Shown piece by piece: positions 56,563 through 63,489 of a stretch of DNA of 64,000 bases. The notes beneath the pieces were generated by a model. The model was not told where the DNA came from. It searched no databases and was given only the letters and a program-made list of their open reading frames with translations. Numbering within the stretch: position 1 is the first letter of the stretch; each line of letters begins with the position of its first letter. The stretch lies in the IMG/VR virus record IMGVR_UViG_3300046170_000524; one strand, given 5' to 3'. The position numbers and the translations under genes were made by a program. The DNA comes from a virus.

Positions 56563-57315
56563 ATGACAAAAGAAATTAATCTCTCCGTATGTGCAACCAA
56601 AGAATCTTCCTTTAAGGATGTTGAGAATGTAGTGACCCCTCAAGCCACTGACTCTTGGCGACCAATTGGTCACGCTGACCTTGTTAATCGAGTGCAAAAA
56701 CAAATGAAAGGTAATGGTTGGGAAATCGTTAAAACTTACCACTCTCTTCACCGCTTCGGTCAACGCTACTTCGGACTTTTTCATGTTAAGAATACAGGAG
56801 TTGACAACGATGAGCGTGGCACAATCGTTGGGCTTCGTAATTCTCACGACAAATGCTTTCCTGCAGGACTTTGCATGGGCAATGCTCCATTTGTTTGCTC
56901 AAACTTGATTTTTACCAATGAAGTTGTGCTTGCTCGTAGGCATACCAAGAACATCTTGAATGATCTTTCACAAGTAATCGCTCGCACTCTCGGCAAGATG
57001 ACTGAGACATGGGCAAGCGATGAGCAACGCATCAAAGCCTACAAAGAGCATGAACTCGGCAATGAGCAAGCTCATGATCTTGTCATCCGTGCTTACCAAA
57101 ACGGAGCTATTCCAAAAGCAAAGATTGCCGATGTTGTTGAGCAATGGCACAAGCCTGAACATGATGACTTTTCACCTCGCACCATGCACTCATTGTACAA
57201 TGGATTCACTCACATTCTAAAGGGTGGAATTACCGCCTTGCCAAATCGTTCACTTGCATTGCATGGTGTTCTTGACTCGGAAGTCGGTTTGACTTCTCAA
57301 GTTGCAGTTTCTTAA
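56563..57315 (+). CDS. DUF932 (DUF945-like) family protein
   Basis: WRPIGH..LV, RYFG, VGLRNSHDK.FPAGL..G..PFVCSNL.F. Confidence 0.75.
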   Translation: MTKEINLSVCATKESSFKDVENVVTPQATDSWRPIGHADLVNRVQKQMKGNGWEIVKTYHSLHRFGQRYFGLFHVKNTGVDNDERGTIVGLRNSHDKCFPAGLCMGNAPFVCSNLIFTNEVVLARRHTKNILNDLSQVIARTLGKMTETWASDEQRIKAYKEHELGNEQAHDLVIRAYQNGAIPKAKIADVVEQWHKPEHDDFSPRTMHSLYNGFTHILKGGITALPNRSLALHGVLDSEVGLTSQVAVS

Positions 57316-57359
57316 TCATAACCTAACCTAATCTAAAAATCATTAAAACTAATAATACT

Positions 57360-57590
57360 ATGAAAAAACAGCCAAAACTACAAAATGTCGTTGATTCTCT
57401 CAAAGGTCGTTTCACTTCTCTTCTTGTCAAGAGAGGCGAGCAAAGAAGGGTGTATTCCGCCAAAATCACAGGAGTGACTTCTCGTCATGTGATGTTCAAG
57501 GATACCAACGGAGGCAATCGTCGAGTCAATCGTCGTCATGTGCTTCGAGCCACTTGTGCTGACAAAACTTTTAAGAGGTCGGTGAGTTAG
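57360..57590 (+). CDS. small basic hypothetical protein
   Basis: ORF ending before terminator. Confidence 0.55.
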   Translation: MKKQPKLQNVVDSLKGRFTSLLVKRGEQRRVYSAKITGVTSRHVMFKDTNGGNRRVNRRHVLRATCADKTFKRSVS

Positions 57591-57616
57591 TGATTCGCTC
57601 GTAAAGAGCAAAGATT

Positions 57617-57646
57617 AAGCCTCCCGAAAGGGAGGCTTTTTCTTTT
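57617..57646 (+). terminator. intrinsic terminator
   Basis: AAGCCTCCC-GAAA-GGGAGGCTT then TTTCTTTT. Confidence 0.92.
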
Positions 57647-57648
57647 AT

Positions 57649-57722
57649 AAAGTTAACCTATTCAATCCGGGCCCCCCGGCAGTAGAATCGTGCAAAAACT
57701 TAGTTGAATTTTGGACTTGACT
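57649..57722 (+). repeat. GGGCCC module copy 3 (74 bp)
   Basis: AAAGTT...CGGGCCCCCC...GTGCAA-5-TAGTTGAA-7-CTTGACT. Confidence 0.85.
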
Positions 57723-57750
57723 TTAGGCAAGAATTTTTCATAATGAAACC

Positions 57751-58461
57751 ATGATTAAGACAAAAGCACCATTCACAGACCTTTACTCTTCATTTAAAAA
57801 AATTGCCGAACTTGGTTATGTTCAGAGTATGAGACCAGGATCAACAGGAGTTGGATATACTCTTGAAACATTATTGGGCATTAAAGAGAATAGCGATTCT
57901 TCACCTGATCTTGGGACGCACGAGTTAAAGACGACAAGAAAAAAGAGTAAAACTTTGCAGACTTTATTTACTTATGCAACAACAAAAAATTGGAAATTAT
58001 CCAAACGAGAAGTTGTTTATCGTTATGGAACTATCTCAAGAAAAGGAGATACTTTTAACGCTTACAATAGCATAGGAAAAGAACCTAATAAAAATGGTTT
58101 TTACTATGAAACAACAGAAGACTATTTAGTCGTTAAAAATAGGGATGTAGAAATTCTAAGGTGGACATGGGAAGAATTAGGGCATAAGTTTGAAAACAAA
58201 TTTCCTGCTTGCATTAAAGTCTTTGCGAATTCTAAACTAGTAAACAGAAACGAATACTTTCATTTTAATGAAGTCCATCATTACAAAAATGCAGACAAAT
58301 CAAAGTTCAGGAATATGTTCGTGCTCGACAAAATTTCAATTGATTTAAGATTAAAGGTTAGTTCGAGAGATCTTGTAAGAGTTATCGACAAAGGTACAGC
58401 TTTTAGGATTAAAGAGCAAAACATGGAAGATTTATTTGAAAAAGAAGTTATTTTTTCTTGA
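57751..58461 (+). CDS. MvaI/BcnI-family restriction-type endonuclease
   Basis: GSTGVGYTLETLLGIKEN...PDL...ELKT.R...TLFT; D.GTAFRI. Confidence 0.8.
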   Translation: MIKTKAPFTDLYSSFKKIAELGYVQSMRPGSTGVGYTLETLLGIKENSDSSPDLGTHELKTTRKKSKTLQTLFTYATTKNWKLSKREVVYRYGTISRKGDTFNAYNSIGKEPNKNGFYYETTEDYLVVKNRDVEILRWTWEELGHKFENKFPACIKVFANSKLVNRNEYFHFNEVHHYKNADKSKFRNMFVLDKISIDLRLKVSSRDLVRVIDKGTAFRIKEQNMEDLFEKEVIFS

Positions 58462-58491
58462 CTTTCACTACCCATCTGTCATAATGAAACC

Positions 58492-59232
58492 ATGATTAAG
58501 ACAACAATTCTCACTCAAGGAAACGCAAAGATAGTCAAAGGCGAGGAGCTTGGCTATGTAACAAAAGGCATTCATTTCGCTCCTGCTAGTCTCTCAGGTA
58601 ATGAAGTTTGCCAATGGCGAAGCAAAGGTTGCACAGCATCTTGCCTTAACACAGCAGGTCGTGGACAAATGAATTCAATTCAGGCATCAAGAGTAGCAAA
58701 GACAAAACTATTTTTTGACAAGAAAAAAGAATTCATGTACAAGTTGTGCAAAGAAATTGCTTCTTCAATCAAGACTTCAACCAAGAAAGGAATGAAATCA
58801 GTTTTCCGCCTCAATCTAACTAGCGACATTGCTTGGGAAGATGTTTACATGAAAGACCCAGATTACAACATCTTTGAATACTTCTGTGGAGAACAATTCT
58901 ACGATTACACAAAGTCATTCAAGAGAATGTGTGCTTTTCTTGGTAAACCTTTTACTAAAGATGAACAAAAATTTCCATCTAATTACCATCTAACTTTTTC
59001 TCGCTCAGAAAACAATGACAAGAAATGTGAAATGGTTCTTGCTATGGGTGGTAATGTTGCCGTTGTGTTTCGCAACCAACTTCCGCAAACTTGGAAAGGT
59101 TACAAAGTTGTCAATGGTGACGAAAACGATTTGCGTTTTCTCGACAAGCAAGGTGTTGTTGTTGGCTTAATCGAGAAAGGTTTAGCAAAGAAAGATGAAA
59201 CAGGATTTGTACAGGAAGGAGTAAACTCATGA
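58492..59232 (+). CDS. Gp88-like phage protein
   Basis: C..CTASCLN..GRG, RLNLTSDI.WE, FYDYTK, NYHLTFSRSE, GD.NDLRFLD. Confidence 0.65.
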   Translation: MIKTTILTQGNAKIVKGEELGYVTKGIHFAPASLSGNEVCQWRSKGCTASCLNTAGRGQMNSIQASRVAKTKLFFDKKKEFMYKLCKEIASSIKTSTKKGMKSVFRLNLTSDIAWEDVYMKDPDYNIFEYFCGEQFYDYTKSFKRMCAFLGKPFTKDEQKFPSNYHLTFSRSENNDKKCEMVLAMGGNVAVVFRNQLPQTWKGYKVVNGDENDLRFLDKQGVVVGLIEKGLAKKDETGFVQEGVNS

Positions 59233-59396
59233 GTGATACTTATTACGATTCAGCCGAAGAAATTAAACTCTCACAAAGCGAAGCATTTAATGTGCTTGCT
59301 CAACATGGTTGCCAAGAGCTTGATGAATTTTTTCAAGACATGGGCGACAAAGAAGAGTATGATGCACAAAAAGTGTTGGAATGGTTAGGCTACTAA

Positions 59397-59470
59397 AAAG
59401 TTAACCAATCCTGCCGCGGGGGGGCTGCGATAGAATAGTGCAAAAACTTAGTAGAATATTAGTCTTGACT
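59397..59470 (+). repeat. GGGCCC module copy 4 (74 bp, core reads GGGGGGGC)
   Basis: AAAGTTAACC...G7...GTGCAA-AAACT-TAGTAGAA-7-CTTGACT; same length as copy 3. Confidence 0.8.
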
Positions 59471-59498
59471 TCGCTAGAGGTTCTGTCATAATGATACT

Positions 59499-59601
59499 TA
59501 CCGACACGATTTAACCAAGCTGCAAATTGGTGGTAATGAAGAGAAGCATGATTGCAGTCACCGCTCCACTCTTGAGGGTTCAATTCCCTCCGTGTTCGGT
59601 A
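59499..59601 (+). ncRNA. tRNA-like small RNA
   Basis: Begins at the predicted TSS of promoter 59465-59492; closing stem TACCGACACG/CGTGT(T)CGGTA; T-arm GAGGG-TTCAATT-CCCTC; no ORF, no CCA. Confidence 0.65.
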
Positions 59602-59645
59602 TGATTTTTTCTTGACTTTCACCATCAATCTGTCACAATTAAACT

Positions 59646-59759
59646 ATGATTAAGATTAGAAAAACCATTCTCTTCACCAAGTCTAGACCTCACAAGCTTA
59701 AGACTAAAGTGATTCATCGTAAACTCAAACACAAGGAGATTTTAAAAAATGTTCATTAA
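59646..59759 (+). CDS. 37-aa very basic protein (not in ORF track)
   Basis: MIKIRKTILFTKSRPHKLKTKVIHRKLKHKEILKNVH; promoter TTGACT(59612)-16-CACAAT. Confidence 0.55.
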   Translation: MIKIRKTILFTKSRPHKLKTKVIHRKLKHKEILKNVH

Positions 59760-59985
59760 AGAAAATTCTGAAGAAATTCCTAACTCAAAAGAGGCTATGA
59801 GTCTTTGCATGGCATACCTCTGGGAAAATGTCATTGAACCAAGTAGCAAGGAAGGCGTCATTAGTCTAAAAAATTATGACATGATTAAAGAGATTGGTCA
59901 TGCTTTAACCATCATTGGAGAAAAAGCTCATGCCTACGAGAAAATGATTGACAACAACGAGCAATTTCCTTACAATCCTAATTAA
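59749..59985 (+). CDS. hypothetical protein
   Basis: ORF in operon. Confidence 0.55.
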   Translation: MFIKENSEEIPNSKEAMSLCMAYLWENVIEPSSKEGVISLKNYDMIKEIGHALTIIGEKAHAYEKMIDNNEQFPYNPN

Positions 59986-60176
59986 TGAAACACTTGCTAA
60001 CTAAATCAAATGACGGATGCTTCATTATTGTAAGCTCAGAAGAAAAGACAGACAAAAATGATCTGTTCATCTCTGAAGACACATTCAAAAAGAACATTAA
60101 CACTAAAACATTCGTAAAACACTCAACGCTAACCCATAATTCACAACCAATCTACATTTACCATGAAGACCTTTGA
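59985..60176 (+). CDS. hypothetical protein
   Basis: TAATG coupling. Confidence 0.5.
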   Translation: MKHLLTKSNDGCFIIVSSEEKTDKNDLFISEDTFKKNINTKTFVKHSTLTHNSQPIYIYHEDL

Positions 60177-60525
60177 TGACTTAAAATTCGCACCTCACCC
60201 TCACGCAAAAGATTTGGGAGTGACGGCAAGTTTAACCCTTGACAATGGCTATGCTTTCAGCGTTGTTGCTAATACTGATGGTGGTGATCTGTTTTACGGC
60301 AATCACCCAAACACTTTTGAGGTTGCAGTCTTCAATCAACGAGGTGACTTTGTTCCACTCTCTGTTTCGGACGATGTGCTTGGTTGGCAAGCTCCACACC
60401 AAGTGACTTCGCTGATGCATCAATTTGAGATTGACGGAATCAAGCACGAAAAATTACTTCACGATCTTCGGAATGACTTCAACGAAAAAGTAGTAAAAAA
60501 ACACAAAGAAAGGGCAGGATTATGA
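60163..60525 (+). CDS. conserved phage hypothetical protein
   Basis: MKTFDDLKF.PH...LDNGY.FSVV...FEVAV. Confidence 0.65.
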   Translation: MKTFDDLKFAPHPHAKDLGVTASLTLDNGYAFSVVANTDGGDLFYGNHPNTFEVAVFNQRGDFVPLSVSDDVLGWQAPHQVTSLMHQFEIDGIKHEKLLHDLRNDFNEKVVKKHKERAGL

Positions 60526-60716
60526 ATAGTTACCAAATACTAAAGAACGGCGAGCCAATGGGCATTCAAGGAACTTTTGACTACATTGTCAACGCAATAC
60601 GAAACCTTGAATCAAATCTTGATCGAGCAACTGAACATTCACCTTTTACTGTTGCACTCGTAAATACTCAAGCTAAAATAACAAAAAATTTAGTGGAAAC
60701 AACAAATACTAAATAA
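60522..60716 (+). CDS. hypothetical protein
   Basis: Last plus-strand gene before the strand switch. Confidence 0.5.
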   Translation: MNSYQILKNGEPMGIQGTFDYIVNAIRNLESNLDRATEHSPFTVALVNTQAKITKNLVETTNTK

Positions 60717-60780
60717 TAAATAACAAATACTAAATAAAAGAATAGGTCAATCATATAAAAATTATATTATAAAAGTATTT

Positions 60781-60832
60781 AATTAACCGATTCTATCAGG
60801 GCCCCCCTGCAGTGGGATAAGATAACTTTTTA
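60781..60832. repeat. GGGCCC module copy 5, promoter-less, at the convergence point
   Basis: TTAACCGATTCTATCAGGGCCCCCCTGCAG...ATAACTTTTTA between convergent genes. Confidence 0.7.
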
Positions 60833-60837
60833 AGAGG

Positions 60838-61023
60838 TTACTCCCATTGGGAGTGAAATCCCCAATCAATGTCGGGCTGGTCTTCAAATTGTATGAGTGA
60901 GATCTGGTCTTCCAGCTCGCCAATTTCATTGCGTATTGCAATTCTTTGAGAGTCGGTCAAGATGCACTCTTTAAGAACTTTGTGAAGTTCGAGGATTTCT
61001 TTTTGCATTTCGTTTTTGGTCAT
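60838..61023 (-). CDS. hypothetical protein
   Basis: TTGCAA-17-TAAATT, ATG 6 nt later. Confidence 0.6.
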   Translation of the reverse strand: MTKNEMQKEILELHKVLKECILTDSQRIAIRNEIGELEDQISLIQFEDQPDIDWGFHSQWE

Positions 61024-61063
61024 AAAAGTAATTTAGCAAAGTAAAAAAGTAATTGCAAGCTTT

Positions 61064-61291
61064 TTATTCATCCATTAACCACTCGTCAAGTGCGTAAATG
61101 TCAAGCTCTTCATCTTTAAAGCTCGCTCCGTCAGGAGTAGCAAACATTCCTGCATTTTCAAGGCAACTTGCAAGATCCTTAAAGCTCACAAATCTACGAG
61201 AGAGCTTGTAAAGGAATTCGTCATTATCTAACCAAAGAGCGACATTCCAAGTTGCCCAATTTTTCCATCCGTTGTATGTTGTATCTGTCAT
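61064..61291 (-). CDS. conserved phage hypothetical protein
   Basis: YNGWKNWATWNVALWLDNDE; TTGACT-17-TACATT, ATG 6 nt later. Confidence 0.7.
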   Translation of the reverse strand: MTDTTYNGWKNWATWNVALWLDNDEFLYKLSRRFVSFKDLASCLENAGMFATPDGASFKDEELDIYALDEWLMDE

Positions 61292-61320
61292 GATAGTAAT
61301 GTAGTCAAATTTTTCGCAAA

Positions 61321-61394
61321 AGTCAAGAAAAACTTTCAACTATTTTATTGCACAATTCGCTCGCAGGGGGGCCCGAGCCGGATAGTGCAACTTT
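61321..61394 (-). repeat. GGGCCC module copy 6 (74 bp)
   Basis: 61321-61377 matches 63490-63546 with one mismatch in 57 nt. Confidence 0.9.
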
Positions 61395-61434
61395 TTAACG
61401 CTAAAGGTCAGGTCACTAAAAGTGACCTATTGAC

Positions 61435-61506
61435 CTAAAGCATGAACCAAAGAAAGAATAATGGAGAGAGGATTATGCAACCTAGTTCTAGTAAAAGTAA
61501 TTCCAT
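61435..61506 (-). CDS. 23-aa hydrophobic peptide
   Basis: MELLLLELGCIILSPLFFLWFML; followed by hairpin 61405-61436. Confidence 0.45.
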   Translation of the reverse strand: MELLLLELGCIILSPLFFLWFML

Positions 61507-61507
61507 T

Positions 61508-61582
61508 TTAGAAAACTGAATCGGTTATTCCACGAAAAATGCCAATGACGAACGCTATTGAGAGAAGTAGTGCTAATTCCAT
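61508..61582 (-). CDS. 24-aa hydrophobic peptide
   Basis: MELALLLSIAFVIGIFRGITDSVF; TTGACT(61617)-17-TACAAT, ATG 6 nt later. Confidence 0.55.
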   Translation of the reverse strand: MELALLLSIAFVIGIFRGITDSVF

Positions 61583-61619
61583 AATTTAATTGTAGCAAAA
61601 AAAGGCTTGTTAGTCAAGC

Positions 61620-61913
61620 CTATTCTCCGAAGATTTCACGCATTGACGGACTCACGGATTTCATGTCGTGAAGATTTTCGTCATTGTCAAAGTCATCATC
61701 TTCTTCGGCTTTGTCATCAAAAGAAGCAAGCTCTTGAACTTCATCTTGAACATCTTCTTTTTTTGCGTTAAGTAAGCCATATTCGAGAACGAGATCTTCA
61801 GCAAGCTTTTCGACCTTTAATTCTTCAATGAAGTTTTGAAGTACAGGACTTACTTCGGCATTATTATTTTCCGCAATTCTACGGATGTTTTCTAGTCTTT
61901 GTGATTCTGTCAT
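61620..61913 (-). CDS. highly acidic hypothetical protein
   Basis: 28 of 97 residues D/E; promoter TTGCAA-17-TAATCT. Confidence 0.6.
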   Translation of the reverse strand: MTESQRLENIRRIAENNNAEVSPVLQNFIEELKVEKLAEDLVLEYGLLNAKKEDVQDEVQELASFDDKAEEDDDFDNDENLHDMKSVSPSMREIFGE

Positions 61914-61923
61914 AGTAATTAGA

Positions 61924-62109
61924 TTAAACGAATTTTTCAGGTTTTGCAAGCAAAAACTTCATGAAAGTTTCTTGTGCTTTTTGATTGTCTTGAATCTCGT
62001 CAAGCTCAATTTGGGCATTGATGACCATTTGCATGGATTCAATGTTGCCAAGATCGGCAAGAGGTGTTTGGATTCGAATGATTTCTTTGAGTTCTTTTAT
62101 TTTGTCCAT
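61924..62109 (-). CDS. hypothetical protein
   Basis: TTGCAA-17-TAGATT, ATG 6 nt later. Confidence 0.6.
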   Translation of the reverse strand: MDKIKELKEIIRIQTPLADLGNIESMQMVINAQIELDEIQDNQKAQETFMKFLLAKPEKFV

Positions 62110-62156
62110 GGTAGTAATCTAGTTGATTTTTTAATTTATTGCAAGCTAAAAACGAT

Positions 62157-62360
62157 TTATTTTTGAATTTCTTTAAACATTTTTTGAAGAGCTTCAACCT
62201 TTTCAATGAGTCCTTGCGTTGTCATTTCTTCAGTCAAAGTCCTTGCGGATTCTTTTTTTTCTGTGTTCATGTAATGCAAAAACTCAATAGACCCTTTGAT
62301 TTGAGCGAGCTTAATTCCGAAGTCGAGTTCTTGGAGGAGTGTTTCTTTTGTCTTAATCAT
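62157..62360 (-). CDS. hypothetical protein (MIKT start)
   Basis: Leaderless promoter downstream of module copy 7. Confidence 0.6.
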   Translation of the reverse strand: MIKTKETLLQELDFGIKLAQIKGSIEFLHYMNTEKKESARTLTEEMTTQGLIEKVEALQKMFKEIQK

Positions 62361-62389
62361 AAGTAAAAACTACCACAGAAACCGGCAAA

Positions 62390-62462
62390 ACACAAGCCTA
62401 AAATTCAACTATTTTATTGCACAATCCGCTCGCGGGGGGCCCGAGTTGGATCGGGCAACTTT
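62390..62462 (-). repeat. GGGCCC module copy 7 (73 bp)
   Basis: TTCAACTATTTTATTGCACAATCCGCTCGCGGGGGGCCCGAGTTGGATCGGGCAACTTT on the plus strand. Confidence 0.9.
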
Positions 62463-63080
62463 TTAGACGATTTGGGTTAGTCTATTTATTTTTGCTGTGA
62501 GAGTGATTTGCCTTGCCTCATTCTGCCATTTTTGTGAACTATTACTGAACCTTTTATTTCTAGATAGATTCATCACAGAAAAAGCTCCTTCGTGCAGTCT
62601 ATTCACTACCTTGCACAATTCTCTTGTTTCTTTGATTGGATTTGATTTGTCTTTGACAAAGTCAGAGGTTTGAAGCCAAACATTTTTCATTTTCAAGATT
62701 TCAACATTTGTTCTAATTCTGTAAAATTTTACATCAACTAAATTCTCAGGCGTTCCATCCCAAAAGCCGACAACCAAAACCAAACCTTTTTTAATTGTTT
62801 TTAATTTTCTTGCAATGTCTCCGAGTTGAATTTCTTTGCTTTTTATATTGTAGTATTTTACTTCCCAATCTCCGATCAATTTTTTAGGAACTCCGCCTTG
62901 GCGAACAATTTCTTCAGGAAAGTCAACTTCTGCGTTGTGCTGTTCATGAGTAGGAAAGCCAAAGTAATCAGAGATGAAGCGTTCAAACGCTTTGCCGTGC
63001 TTTCCTCTTTGTTTGTTGTGTACGCTGATATTACGAACATATTGTTTGATTTTTGGGAATGATTTTTGTGCAAGTTTCAT
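62463..63080 (-). CDS. putative PD-(D/E)XK restriction-like endonuclease
   Basis: HGKAFE..I, VD...DWEVKYY, IQLGDIARK. Confidence 0.55.
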   Translation of the reverse strand: MKLAQKSFPKIKQYVRNISVHNKQRGKHGKAFERFISDYFGFPTHEQHNAEVDFPEEIVRQGGVPKKLIGDWEVKYYNIKSKEIQLGDIARKLKTIKKGLVLVVGFWDGTPENLVDVKFYRIRTNVEILKMKNVWLQTSDFVKDKSNPIKETRELCKVVNRLHEGAFSVMNLSRNKRFSNSSQKWQNEARQITLTAKINRLTQIV

Positions 63081-63132
63081 AATTTTATTTTTTAAGCAAT
63101 TAGATTTGAGTTTATATAAATTTTTTTTTCTG

Positions 63133-63333
63133 TCAAGCGTTTCTTTCTACTGATTTCCAACCATAAGCTAAAACTTTGTCATTATAGCGAGCTTGTGGAA
63201 GCATAGCCTTGAGGTCAGAAATTTTTGCATTGATCCAATCAATTTCGCTTTGATCCATTTTACCTTGCCACATTGCAAGTTGGTTTTTTTCTATTGCGAT
63301 TTCGTTTTTTATTTGTTCTGTTGTCTTAATCAT
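63133..63333 (-). CDS. hypothetical protein (MIKT start)
   Basis: TTGACT-17-TAGATT, ATG 6 nt later. Confidence 0.6.
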   Translation of the reverse strand: MIKTTEQIKNEIAIEKNQLAMWQGKMDQSEIDWINAKISDLKAMLPQARYNDKVLAYGWKSVERNA

Positions 63334-63489
63334 ATTTACAATCTATTATATATTTTAGCAAAAGTCAAACTTTATTTTACTTTTTTTTGAGTTTTTTTAA
63401 GTTTGAAGGCGAGGAGGATTTTTTCTCTTTCTGTGAGTGGTTGTCTATCTTTTTGATTCATACCTAAACATCGCACAGAAACCCCGAAA

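Noticed and set aside
59499-59601. Canonical tRNA
   Set aside because: No 5-bp stem with a 7-nt anticodon loop at the right place, bulged acceptor, no CCA; kept only as tRNA-like.
60701-60736. AACAAATACTAAATA duplicated (also CAAATACTAAATAAT at 54437) as a T4-like late promoter
   Set aside because: Lies in low-complexity A-rich spacers with no gene at a consistent distance downstream.
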